DNA of 32,000 nucleotides from Candidatus Saccharimonadota bacterium (GTDB lineage: Bacteria > Patescibacteriota > Gracilibacteria > BD1-5 > UBA2023), in assembly GCA_963706795.1 (NCBI GenBank), contig OY970170.1:840001-872000 (forward strand). Direction: 5' to 3'. A model generated the notes under the pieces. That model searched no databases, was not told the origin of the DNA, and saw only the letters and a list, made by a program, of their open reading frames with translations. Within the stretch, counting starts at the first letter, position 1, and each line of letters starts with the position of its first letter. Of this stretch, positions 1-10,663 are shown in pieces. The translations under genes were made by a program, and so were the position numbers.

Positions 1-1
1 A

Positions 2-187
2 GATCAGCCAGGATTAATGGTGGCAAACGAAGAGCTCCAGTCTTCATATCAACGAGCCATTCGTGCTTTGCTCAAGAGCAGTTTTGCGACTGAGCGCAAC
101 TGGGTGATTCGTCTGCTTTGGAACCAATTTAATGGAGTAAAGCCACCAGAGAAGACACTCTGAAATATCATCATTATGAATCTCTAG
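2..187 (+). CDS. 3' end of an unidentified protein-coding gene (partial, runs off the left edge)
   Basis: Frame open from the window edge to TAG at 185-187. One in-frame TGA (161-163) is read as Gly under code 25. No motif recognised. Confidence 0.35.
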
Positions 188-196
188 TAGGATTGT

Positions 197-616
197 CTAA
201 AACTTTACAATCTCTACAAGATCGTGGCAGACTTTTTGCTCAATGCCCGCTGTATCTAAAATCCCAAAAGTTCACACAAAGTGGACTTTATTTTTTTGTG
301 TGTAACCAGAAGTCACGAGATCAATATTGATTCGGCCGTAGCGCTTGTCGTCATGGTGGTACCAAAAGACGCAGTTTACAATCATCTGCTCGCCAAGCTC
401 AGTATCTGTGAGTCGTATCTTGATGTTCGTGTTTCCAGGAATCGCAGAATCCACAACAAAATGCTTGGTCTGTATCGCTTCGAATGTTTCTTCGAGTTTG
501 TCGATAAGCTTTGCAAGTTCTGCCTTAAAATTTCAGGCGAACATGACTTTTGACTTGATGGGCGCGACGCGCATGTCGCCCATATTGAGGGCATATTTGA
601 GGAGATTTGGCGCCAT
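197..616 (-). CDS. hypothetical protein, 139 aa
   Basis: ATG at 616 to TAG at 197-199. Joins track ORF 272..454 to upstream and downstream segments through in-frame TGAs at 533-535 and 272-274. Same strand as the two upstream genes, which are tightly spaced. No motif recognised. Confidence 0.5.
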
Positions 617-650
617 TCTTGGTGTAAGATGAGAGAGGTTGAATACTGCT

Positions 651-1163
651 TTAAGCCAAGCTTTTAATCCACTTAGTCAGGCCTTCTTCGCTGAGCTCGA
701 GTCTATTTAAAAAATCCTTGTCCATAATACTGAGTCCTATAACTTTGGAGTGTTTCTCTAAAAAAGAATCATGATCCTGGATAAGCTCGGGAAGTCTTTT
801 GAGAGATTCGGTGTAGCCTTTTGCTTCATAGAGTTCTCTAAGAAGGGTCTCGCTCAGATCGAGACTGATTACAAATATGCGATAGTTGTGGGGCTCCAGC
901 CATCATTGCATTTTAGCCCATTCACGATCGACACTGGCATCAAAAATAAAGGACTTTTTGGACTCAATAAGTTCGAGGCAGCGGGCATTTCGCCGAGAAA
1001 TATACTCATCCTCTCTGAATTCACGAAAATCTTCTATAATTTCGGATCGCAGAGCATCGTTATTAAAAATCGGAAGTCCGAATTTGTAGCTCAAATAGGT
1101 TGCAATGGGAGTCTTCGAACTTCCAATGCATCCGGCGAATGTTACGCAGATAGGAGTATTCAT
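651..1163 (-). CDS. P-loop NTPase / small kinase-like protein, 170 aa
   Basis: N-terminal Walker A-like FAGCIGSSKT. Track ORF 903..1163 continues in frame through TGA 903-905 to TAA 651-653. Lies 47 nt downstream of the PheRS stop. Confidence 0.6.
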
Positions 1164-1209
1164 GCATGAGAGCTTACTTTAATGACACTCTTTTTCAAGT
1201 ATCTCAGAA

Positions 1210-2469
1210 CTACCTCACTTCGTATCCCAAATTGCCTCCTATTCTTTCGCGGATATCAAAATACATGGCATTGATTTCTTCATTGGTCAGGGTTCTCTCA
1301 ATGGAACGGAATACGATTTTGATACTGAGAGATTTTTTGTCGGATCAGAATTTTGCGTCGTCTTCGTAAATGTCGGTGATTTTTACTTCTTCGATGAGAT
1401 CATCGCCTATGTCGCGGATTACTCAGGTTATGGCAAAGAAATTGGATTCGGTATCGCGAGTAAGCTCGAATTCTCCGGACTTCTCTTCTTCTTTGGTGTC
1501 TTTTTGAAATTGCGATTTGGGGACAATCATAGAGATTTCTTTGTAGACAGGAGGGAATGAACTGACTTCTTTGTAGGGCTCAAAATTGCCCCATTGTTTG
1601 GTAATGCGTGCGTCTTCGCTCCAGAAAATACGGATGTCTGAGATCTCCTTCATTGCCATTGCGAGCCGCTCGAGTCCAAATCAAAACGCCCAGCCGTTAT
1701 ATTTTGCTGGATCGACGCTGAGCTTTTCGAGGACAGTTGGGTGGATGACGCCTGCTCCAGTGACTTCGAGCCATTTGCCGCGATAGAGAACTTCTACCTC
1801 GAGACTGTCGGTTGTATATGGGAACGAATCTTCATTAAATCGGTATTCGATATTCTCACCAAATAGCGCTTTGATCGTATTTGCAAGAACCTCTTTGAGG
1901 GTCGATCCATCAATGATTTCTTGGTTTTTTTCACAGATACGAAATCCATCAATCTGATGGAAACATTCATGATGACTCTTATCGAGCTCATCAACACGAT
2001 ATACTTTACCCCAAGAAAGTGCTCTTAGATCGCCAATTTGATGAAGTTTTTCGAGTCCACCATTCTCTAAAAGATAGTAATACCACATCACGGAAGTATG
2101 CGGACGTAGCAGTATGCTCTTGCGATGATCGCTCGATTTCTCTAAAAAGTAACTGTCGCTCGGACGTCGTGCGACATGATTTTCTGGGAAATTAAAGAGA
2201 TCGAATGTCTCCCACTCACTCACGATTTCCGGTGCACTCACATGGTTGAATCCCCCATAAAAAGGTGAATCCACGAGCTTTTTAATGAGCATAGCGAGTG
2301 GGTGTACAGGATTTTTTGTGAGATCTGGCATATCAATAACGCGCAGCATACGCTTGATATAGGCAATTTCTGTTTCTGATAGATCATCATGATCGAGTCG
2401 CTGCTCCAATTTGTGCATCCACAGGACATCTTGTTCGGAGAATGATCGTTCCTTATTTATCGTGTTCAT
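1210..2469 (-). CDS. pheS: phenylalanine--tRNA ligase, single-chain (mitochondrial-type) form: alpha-like catalytic core fused to an FDX-ACB-like anticodon-binding domain, 419 aa
   Basis: Track ORFs 1681..2469 and 1423..1659 plus a third segment join in one frame through three TGAs. Class II core motifs are present (LRPHTS, FPYTTDSLEVEV, GAGVIHPTVL, GWAF-[UGA=G]-LERLAM). The C-terminal 150 aa (DIRIFWSEDARITKQW..SSFPPVYKEIS..KSLSIKIVFRSIERTLTNEEIN) has the FDX-ACB pattern. Ends TAG 1210-1212. Confidence 0.85.
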
Positions 2470-2488
2470 AGATTTATAGTTTTTTTAT

Positions 2489-2528
2489 AAAAAATCCCCC
2501 TCGATTACTCGAAGGGGAAGGTTTTTTT
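2489..2528 (-). terminator. intrinsic terminator-like hairpin with a GUAA loop and flanking A/T runs
   Basis: On the minus strand: CCCCUUCGA-GUAA-UCGAGGGG followed by a U-run. Lies between the 2730..3008 gene and the pheS start. Confidence 0.5.
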
Positions 2529-2729
2529 GAGATGCTTAGCCAAAAAATCCAATCTTCGAGAAGAGTGGGCTAAAAAAGAAAAATGTTTTGGAAAGACTCA
2601 TACAAACGGTGTAAGTTCGAGGGAAGTATATGACGAAGGAAGGATGGGTCAAGCGAATGACCGCCTCTCCTGTCGCCTTGCCCCAAATATTTTATGAATA
2701 GCTGTTATTCGTCTGCCGGATCGATCTGT

Positions 2730-3008
2730 CTATCGACGATCCCCAGCAGACTTACGTGGTATGTGTTCAGTTGCTGCTCTTGCTTGTTGCTTTTGGCGCA
2801 CTTCGCGCTGCGTGAGATACTTTGTCAGCCAGTCAGTTCGAATTACGAAATTTCGCTCTTTTGCCTTATCTTGCCAGGCGTTACGGTCGAGGCCGAGTTC
2901 AGTTGGATCACAATCTCGAAGCAATTCTGTGAACTCAGCACGTGTAGCTTGCCTATATATTTTTTGTGGCGGTGCAGATGAAGACTCAATATTTGAGAGC
3001 TCAGTCAT
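2730..3008 (-). CDS. hypothetical protein, 92 aa
   Basis: ATG at 3008 preceded by AGGAGA 6 nt upstream. Ends TAG 2730-2732. The longer track ORF start at 3029 lacks an SD. Confidence 0.55.
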   Translation of the reverse strand: MTELSNIESSSAPPQKIYRQATRAEFTELLRDCDPTELGLDRNAWQDKAKERNFVIRTDWLTKYLTQREVRQKQQARAATEHIPRKSAGDRR

Positions 3009-3152
3009 GTTGTTCTCCTGTGGTTTCAAAGCGTAACGAGGTTTTTGTTTCTGTTCATTCAGCGAATGAATTGTGTTGTATTAAAGGAATAAATATAGCT
3101 TTGTCAAATTACCATGGCAGTCATAATTTACTGTGTACTACATTACAAAAAG

Positions 3153-3178
3153 AAAAACTCTCCAAAAGGAGAGTTTTT
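3153..3178. terminator. bidirectional intrinsic terminator hairpin
   Basis: AAAAACTCTCC-AAAA-GGAGAGTTTTT, a perfect 11-bp stem including the A/T flanks, just downstream of the 3202..3591 gene. Confidence 0.6.
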
Positions 3179-3201
3179 AAATGGTGCACACACCACATGA
3201 T

Positions 3202-3591
3202 TTATGCTAAAAGTGGTGTGACAGAAGCCATGATTGCCTCGCGTTCTGGGCAGATAAGATCTTGTCTGATGACCAGCATCACTCTGAGATAATGAAAAAT
3301 ATTTTCACCATGCTCAGTCTCGTAAGGGTATGCCCGAGTCAGATGAGCATGTTCTTCCACAGAGGAATAATTTTTATTGAGCAGGCAGATGACCACCATC
3401 GCTCGGTGGAGCTTTATTGGAACTTCTGGCATCCAGGTAGCAAGATATGCTGTTTGTTTGGCGACGAAGGATTCAATGTCTGCCAATGACCACTCCCTTT
3501 TGGCGAGCATATTTTTTGCACGGTCATTTACTGTGTCAAAGGCAACTATGGTAAATTCCAAGGTTTTTTGGGGATTGTTGAGAAGTATCAC
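3202..3591 (-). CDS. hypothetical protein, 129 aa
   Basis: Uninterrupted ORF with a GTG start at 3591 and AGGAGA 7 nt upstream. TAA stop at 3202-3204. Confidence 0.6.
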   Translation of the reverse strand: MILLNNPQKTLEFTIVAFDTVNDRAKNMLAKREWSLADIESFVAKQTAYLATWMPEVPIKLHRAMVVICLLNKNYSSVEEHAHLTRAYPYETEHGENIFHYLRVMLVIRQDLICPEREAIMASVTPLLA

Positions 3592-3694
3592 GGTAATTCT
3601 CCTATTGGTTTTGGTGACTTACATCATAGTACTGTATAGAAATTGTCAATAGGAAGGAGATGGGGTGAAAATTTTGGAATTGAGAGCTGTATTA

Positions 3695-4021
3695 TTACTT
3701 TTGTATTTCGCTTAATTTTCAGTTTGGCTTATACACAATATTTCCGGCATCTGAGATAAAGACGACTCAGCGACTTCGAATCTCTATTGTTTTCTCTGGA
3801 TTAAGAGATCAAAAATTCCCCGTCCAACTTTCCTCTGTGAGCTCGCATGCACGTATGAGCTTTGCCTGTAGGATGGCATTTAATTGCTCATGCGTTTTTG
3901 CGTCTATTTGACTCGATTCTAAGCAGTGCGGTCTTTGAAAACTGACCTCGGATTCTCTTTTTGTGCAGCCCAAACTGAGTCCGCCAACAATGAGTGCAGT
4001 TGTGAGAATTCTTGCTTCCAT
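3695..4021 (-). CDS. small lipoprotein, 108 aa
   Basis: N-terminal signal peptide plus lipobox (ILTTALIVGGLSLG-C). Track ORF 3809..4021 ends at a TGA; under code 25 the frame continues through 3 TGAs to TAA 3695-3697. Confidence 0.55.
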
Positions 4022-4137
4022 AGTGAAATATTAACTAAACAATATTAATCATAATGAAATAATTAATATTGCCAACTATGAAACATTCGACTTAGGTATG
4101 CACGATTTCAGACTAGTAAATCTTTCGTGTAAAGAGA

Positions 4138-5346
4138 TTAATTAACCAGTCCGAGCAATATAAATCCAGCCTTTTTGAGATCCGTTGTATTTTCATTTAT
4201 AACATAACTTCCTTTTGCAAAATCGATCACGAGTTTTCCTCAGTAGATAGCAGCTTTTGAATCTGTTTTTGATATCCAGATTGCATCCATCGAGTTCTTG
4301 AAGTCATGTTCCACTTCTTTCCCATTAAAGTTAAAACCGTGATAGGATTTTTTACAGTCAGCCTTCACAAAAATAGGATCGTCCTCTGCAAATTCTCATG
4401 CTTTCTTTTGCCAATCGAGACAATCGGAAGTGTCTGTAATTGAAACGTTGTTGATAGTGAGGGTATTTTTTCATCCCAGGTGTGGATTTCCCATATAAGA
4501 AATCAAAACTGGTACTCACTTATCAGTCGTAAATTCCCAATTGCTGCCCTTTGGGACTGCACTGAGCTTCCATTTTTTTGTCTCCAATAATTCCTTGAAG
4601 GGGGATTGTTGCAAGAGTGCCTCGATCTCTCCTGTTCTTTTCGTTTTTGTAATTTCGAGCGCTGGTGCCTGGGATATAACTGTATATTTATAATTTTTAT
4701 CCTGAAGTGTTCCATCACTTAATTCCTCAAATGTTTGAGGATCGGCGTTTTCGATAGGTAAATATCCAATATACACGTGATTTTTATCTTTGCTGTAATC
4801 GCTTTGCGCAGATACGGTAAGCGTTTTTGGATCAGCTCATTTTATGAGTATTCCCCAGTAATATACATTGTTTTTATCTTTGGAAAATCTCCCTGCCAAT
4901 ATCTCAAAGCTCGCTGGATCGGCATTTTCGAGAATATTTAGGCCTTCCACACGATATTTGTTCGTCACGAGATATATGTGATTTTTATCTTTGGCATAGT
5001 CTCGATCATATCCATGGCTTAAGATCGCAAATGTTGAAGCATCTGCCCCTTCGATTTTTACTTCTTCCTTTAGATTATTTGAGTTATTTATCCAATATAC
5101 GGCGCCATTTTTTAAAATGAAGGGTGCTCCAACAAGAGAGGCACCTGTCTGGCTTCAGCTATTTGTTCACGAACCAACGCTCGGTGTCTCTATGCTTTTT
5201 CAGCTCCCACTATCGGTAAGTCCTCCTGTTGCTGCTGTCTGTGAGTGAATGCCTGATAGAACTTCAGGAGTTTTTGATTCCTCTGCTTTTCCACAAGAGA
5301 TAAGCAAGAATGGAATAACCAAAAAGGAAACGAGGAAATTTTTCAT
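4138..5346 (-). CDS. lipoprotein with DKNYY-family repeats, 402 aa
   Basis: Start MKNFLVSFLVIPFLLIS-C (lipobox). Repeated units (YAKDKNHIY, SKDKNNVYYWG, SKDKNHVYIG, LQDKNYKY, each followed by ..ADP.TFE..) match the DKNYY repeat pattern. About 7 in-frame TGAs. Length is divisible by 3 and in frame with track ORF 4516..4776. TAA stop. Confidence 0.75.
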
Positions 5347-5573
5347 AGAAAAGTCGCAAAAAAATAATGTAAATAGCTACCTTGCATCCTCTCTTTTAGC
5401 AACTGTAAATTTATCTATACGAGTTCTCAAGCGCCTTCGCGAACAGTCAGAAGATTGAGTTGAGTTGTCACATGTGAGGTTTCTAGATTGAGAGGCATTG
5501 TCTTTTAAATGGGGAGAAAGTCCATGTGGGATTTAAGGATTGTTTGAAATCAGAATAACTTTCTATCCTTTTG

Positions 5574-6659
5574 TTATGCTGGCACCCTCCATGACTCAGC
5601 AGGAACTAAAAGTACATTCCCAATTTCTGCCCGAAACGAATTAATCTTACTTGCATCTGGTTGGCGCTTAGGGTAGATACGATTTGTTAGGATAACATAG
5701 GCTATGCCGAGATTTCGGTCGCAGACACAGAGTGTTCCGGTAAAGCCTGTTTTCCCGAAGGTTTTTGGAGTACAAAATTTGCCCATATAACGGGGCTGGT
5801 AAAGCTCCCATCAAAGCCCGGTAACTTCGCTTAAATGTGGAATTTGGTTTGATTCTATCTGCTGCATGATGCTTTCAGAAAAGTATGTTTTCCCATGGAA
5901 CGAACCTCAATGAAGGAGCATTTCAAGAAAATTCAAAATATCTCTTGCGTTCGAAAAGAGTCCCGCGTGTCCCATGACTTTTCCATGAGCGAACCAAGCG
6001 TGTGCACTCTCATCATGTACCACGCCTTGAACGAGTCCTCGATGTGCATCGATTTCTGTGGGTGGAACATTTTGGCGTTCATTCTTAGGAATGTGATAGG
6101 TTGTATTTTTCATCCCAAGTGGCTCAAAAAAAGCCTTGTGCGCAAGCTTATCGAGAGGTTTTCCATGTATACGCTCGATAACCCATCCTAGGAAAATCGC
6201 AGGCAAATTTGTATATCGGAATGTGCTACCAGGCGGAATGTCGAAATCTCGAGTAAGGAGAATTTCTTCAAGCTTTTTTGGATCATTTTCTCACAAGCTT
6301 GCAAGCCCATAGCCAGGTATGGTGTACGTAAGTAAGTGCTTAATTGTGACATTTGCCCTGTCTGAGTTTCGAAATTCGGGTATGTAGTCACACAGTCGAT
6401 CATCAAGTTTGAGTTTTCATTGATCGATGAGTTGGAGAGCAAGACTGCTCGTTGGAATGCTTTTAGTAATAGAAGCGAGATCGTAGCGAGTATCTGCTGT
6501 AACTTCCTGAGATCATTCTTCATAGGTGAATTTTCCGAAGGGCAGCACTTCTCTCGAGCCATCAAGATGAACAATTCCTATCGTACATCCAGGGAAAGTC
6601 TGATTTTGTATGGCATTTTGTACAATTGGAGCAATTGTTTGTTTCAAAGAGTCGAACAT
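5574..6659 (-). CDS. beta-lactamase-family serine hydrolase (class C / esterase-like), 361 aa, no signal peptide
   Basis: All three family motifs are present: SITK (SxxK), YTN (YxN) and KTG (GKTGFTG). Track ORFs 5574..5786 and 5907..6206 plus N-terminal segments join in one frame via 5 TGAs. TAA stop. Confidence 0.85.
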
Positions 6660-6737
6660 ACGAGAGGAAAGGTTGGATCTTTTGCTTCCGGTATTCTATA
6701 GGGCGCGAATTGAAAGTAAAACTACACTCGACAAACA

Positions 6738-7955
6738 ATGTATGAGAGCGGCAGAATGGAATCTTTTGGAATCGAAGCAGGATTATCTAGAATACTGCAA
6801 GTTTATATGTCAACCATCACGAAGATGCGCACTAGTAGCATCAAGGGTACTGCAATGGCCTGATTGATTAGTCTATACTTAGCCTGACCAAATGCGTCAT
6901 CTGCAAAAGAGGGTGCATCCAATGCATCAAGGAAGGTGTCTGTCGCAAAAGAAAATATATCTGCGTGTCTCAGTGGGGAGAGTCTTGCGCGAGCAGCCAA
7001 TCATGGACTCGCTGGACTTGTTAAAGCAACACAACTGTCCGAACAGTGCAAACCCTCTGCTACAAAGAAGGATTTCTGGGAACTTCTTATACGAATATCC
7101 AAGCGTAGTCTGCCAGAGCTCACAATTCCGCTAGAAAGGGCCTGGTGAGACCAAGAATCATACCACCAGGTTATGAATTTCTTTTTTGATAGTGGATATT
7201 TTCTCAATCCAGATAGCAAAACTATTACAAAAATAGACGAAAAGATCGATGTTCCTGCAATTGTTCCTGAATTATCTTGTTTGTTTTGAGGAAATGAACC
7301 ACTTCAATTCGCGAGATTATCACGCATACAGAAGGGGTGAAACCTGCGACAAAGATGAGTGGTACTTGGTTCGGTATGAGCAGTAGCCACTGCTTCGCTA
7401 AAGGAAGTATACAACCGAATATACAGTGATTCATCTCATTCTTATGAGGAGATAGCGAGATGAGTTGTTGCGCATGAGGCTACGCATTCAATTTTGGCGG
7501 CTTATTTTGGCTTCTTTAATACGACTCATCTCTATCGAGATCTTCCTGATGTGACTCAATCGGATATTCACGAGTATCTGGGTTATGCTGGTTGATATTG
7601 TGTAAACGATCATTCAACTGAGGCGATGCTCATAGGTATGCTCAGAGAGATTAAATTCGATTGAAACGTACTGAGTACCGGCAAGGTAACCAACGCAAAC
7701 TATAGATATAGCCACAGTGCTCTGCTCTGACTTATCTCTCGAACGTCACGATTCTCAGAAATATCCAAGATCTTCGTAGAACAATACAATGCAAATAATA
7801 TCAATGGTCGTCCCATAGATATTTTTGAAGACACCGGCCGTCTGACTCGAACAAAAGCGATCATGTGACTTCTAACGATGGAAGATAGAGAAATGATCCG
7901 AAAGGCATTTATTAAAAAGGGAAAAGAGCTTTTGTGAGAAATTTGAGAGAAGTAG
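6738..7955 (+). CDS. hypothetical protein with an HExxH (HEATH) zinc-metallopeptidase-like motif, about 405 aa
   Basis: A 406-codon frame has no TAA/TAG in AT-rich DNA but about 14 in-frame TGAs. VVAHEATHSILAAYFG lies near codon 245. The opposite-strand track ORFs (6803..7434) are short and low-complexity. The start codon is uncertain (ATGs at 6738, 6756, 6807, 6825, 6855). Confidence 0.6.
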
Positions 7956-8005
7956 GTTTTAAAGAAATCTGTTCAGATTTAGCTATCTAACTGTTTCTAG
8001 ATAAT

Positions 8006-8033
8006 AAAAACTCCTCGTAACTGAGGAGTTTTA
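8006..8033. terminator. bidirectional intrinsic terminator
   Basis: AAAAACTCCTC-GTAACT-GAGGAGTTTT, an 11-bp stem, about 50 nt after the HExxH gene stop. Confidence 0.65.
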
Positions 8034-8230
8034 ATATTAGATTTGGAGGTCTTGACCCCTACCAATCTTCGAACTTTTGTTGAGAACTACGACAGGGTAG
8101 CGGAAAAGTACGGATGGATAAGTTGAACAGGTGGATTATGTAATTCTTCTGCTCTGGAAAAACCCTCTGCAGAAGAGGAAAGGGTAGTTGCTCTAGATTC
8201 CTCTTATTCCTAGGGATGTGTCTAACTGTT

Positions 8231-10495
8231 TTATTCGTCCGTCGATCTTTCTGCTAGAAATAGACATTTTCCAAGGATAGTCAGCATTAGCTCACGTTGC
8301 TTCTGTGCTGTTACGGCTGTTGGGAAATATTCTAAGATAGCATCAGTGGTAATTGAATCTTCGATAATCGAGCGTGTACCTTGATTATCGAAGATAGAAT
8401 CAATCTCATTTACTAATAGTACAAAGTCATTCCGTATGTGACTGGCGAATTCGGGGTTTGCTAGCACGAGGCTATCAAAACGCTCTTTAAGGGTTGAAAT
8501 TAACATATTTGCCATCTCTTCCAATTGGGCGGTATCGCCGAGCTCTTTGACAGCCAAAAGCCATAGACAATAGTATTTGGCAATGCCAATATGGGTTCAA
8601 TGCCTTTTCAAGTACTTCTCCCGAAGATATTTTTCAAGTATGGCTTTTGATCGGTCGAATATTTCTGTGTTCCCAGTTTTTAATCCATATAGCCCAAGGA
8701 ATCATAGAACGTCGAAGATATGTAGATTGGCATAATAGTCAGATAGCATCTCGGACGTTCCATTTCATATCACGACTGAGAGTAAACCAAGAACTTTTCG
8801 TATGTAATCTATGGCATTTGGTGTCAATGGGCTTCATCGAGATACCCTATAAGTGATTTCACCAAAATGCTTAACAATCAACGGCAAAAAGCTATCGAAC
8901 TCAATTCACTGTTTCGATCACTCCTTGAAGACCTCGGTGACGATGTCGATGGTATTTCTCAATCAGTTGAAATAAACGGTTTGTAGTGGGCTTGAATCGC
9001 CAGATAGAACTGTCCAGATAACCCCTCTATTCATTGAAAGATTAGTCCACAAAGCTTGTATGAGTTTGTTTAGGAATGCAGATGGGTCTACGCCTCGCTC
9101 TTTTGCTGATGTTATGAGCAAAAGATGGCTTTTTAGGGATTCCCATAAGATTCTATCGTAACCCCATAGGTCTGTTGTTGCTAGCTTCAGAATAAGTCCA
9201 ACGTAGACCTTGTGTATTTCCAGCGATGTCTTACCCGTTTTAATCTCCCAAGCTACAAGGAATGTTAACTTATCCAATAAGGTGTCTATATGCCCTAGGT
9301 TAACCTTTTTCGATATGAGTAAATTAATGAGCACTGCAGCATTCTCTTTCCACTGAAATAGTCATTCTTCGTTTCAGATTACTAGTAGTTTTTCGAACAA
9401 TCCAGCATACCTCATTAGCGCGTTCTCTAGGATGGGATTTGAATTCGGGAATATAGTTCCGGAATAGCGCACTTCAAACAGCTTATCCAGTGCGATTCTG
9501 TATAGTTTGAGACTTTCCAGTATGGCGTATACGTCACCCCTCTTAGCGTTTGAAAGTGCCAGATCTTCAAGCCTCTCGAAAAATCGGCTCAATAATCAAT
9601 CAATTTCAGAATCGTGGCTTCAGAGATAGTCTAGGTTGGGAATTAGTTTTATCTTTCAGTAAGCATCCATTAGATGGCAGAAGCACCTGCCGATGAGTCT
9701 TATATAATCCCTTGCAAGTGTGTATTCTTGAATGCCAATAAGTTTTTGCGTTCAATCAAATATGGATTCTAGCTTGTACCATCACGTATTGATGATTCTA
9801 TCTCAGTAACTTATCGGATCGAAAGATTGTTTATCGATGTCGGGTGTATTGAGGTACTGGACAAGGGATTTTTCATACTTGCTCAACGTCCGAATTATCC
9901 GAACGAAATATTCTTCTGCATCAGTAATTATTCAATGCGGTGATAGTTTCTGACTCGTGTTGTAAAAGGAGAAGAGGACTAGCCAGATTACGAATGATTC
10001 AACTCAGATAGATAGGGGTAGTAATATTCGATCTGGGCAAGCATTTAGAAAAAGAAAGTTATTGCCTCATAGAAAGAGGAATATCAACGTGAATATTCCT
10101 ATCGTCCCAGCTACATAATAGGTCTTTTTGTCGTTATTTGCATCAAAGATAACCGCTAGTGGCGCATAAGTTGCGAAACTTTGGATATAGAAAAAATGGA
10201 TGGTCAGAAGAAGTGCTAATATTGATCAGAACATTGAGCCTACCGTGGTGAAGTAGGCTGAAACATCTATCATATGGAAAAAATTGCGCCAAACCGAAAG
10301 TCCAATCAATAATAACGTCGTTAAAAATTGAATGAGTGTTAGAAATCTAAATCAGTTCTCAAATATGGAAGATATCAGCAGTTTAATTTGAAACCACTTA
10401 GTCCTTGTTTTGTTCCAAAGATCAACTTTAATAACTACTGTGTTAGCTTTGTGTTTCTGGTAGAAATTCACAACATCTTTGATGTATTTGCGCAT
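8231..10495 (-). CDS. large orphan membrane protein, 754 aa: about 4 N-terminal TM helices plus a roughly 560-aa alpha-helical soluble domain
   Basis: A single 755-codon frame from ATG 10495 to TAA 8231, with about 20 in-frame TGAs. It unites track ORFs 8231..8557, 8963..9334 and 9374..9592, all in the same frame. Hydrophobic segments: FLTLIQFLTTLLLIGLSVW, VGSMFGSILALLLTIHFFYI, YYVAGTIGIFTLIFLFLGG, ESFVIWLVLFSF. Confidence 0.7.
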
Positions 10496-10663
10496 AAATT
10501 TTTCTGACTATTAATCAGTATGCTATGCAATCAGCTCAATTTGTCTCGGCGGATTAAGTTAAGTTAACTTATACCAATGCAAAAATCGGCTTATTTTCCT
10601 CTGAATCGAAGTGGTAAGTAAGCTTTCTCTGGTGAGGAAAATGCGAGTATATGTATGTGACCG

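Noticed and set aside
771-1169. 132-aa plus-strand ORF, and the shorter 886..1089 ORF.
   Set aside because: They lie antisense to the P-loop kinase-like gene, which has a Walker A motif and an uninterrupted code-25 frame. They are low-complexity with no motif, so they are most likely shadow ORFs.
2529-2729. A 200-bp noncoding gap downstream of the 2730..3008 gene, examined for a tRNA or small RNA.
   Set aside because: No cloverleaf, no conserved RNA motif and no ORF longer than 13 codons was found. It is probably just a 3' UTR or spacer ahead of the terminator.
6803-7434. Three minus-strand ORFs (6803..7000, 7001..7219, 7225..7434).
   Set aside because: They are short, Ser/Arg-rich or interrupted by a true TAA. 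The plus strand carries a 406-codon TAA/TAG-free frame with an HExxH motif, which is far less likely by chance in AT-rich DNA.
8042-8075. Possible att remnant. The minus-strand GTTCGAAGATTGGTAGGGGTCAAGACCTCCA resembles the tRNA-Cys 3' end (GTTCGA....CCTCCA).
   Set aside because: Only the two hexamers match, and the spacing differs (19 versus 12 nt). Large serine recombinases do not generate long direct repeats, so this cannot be distinguished from chance.
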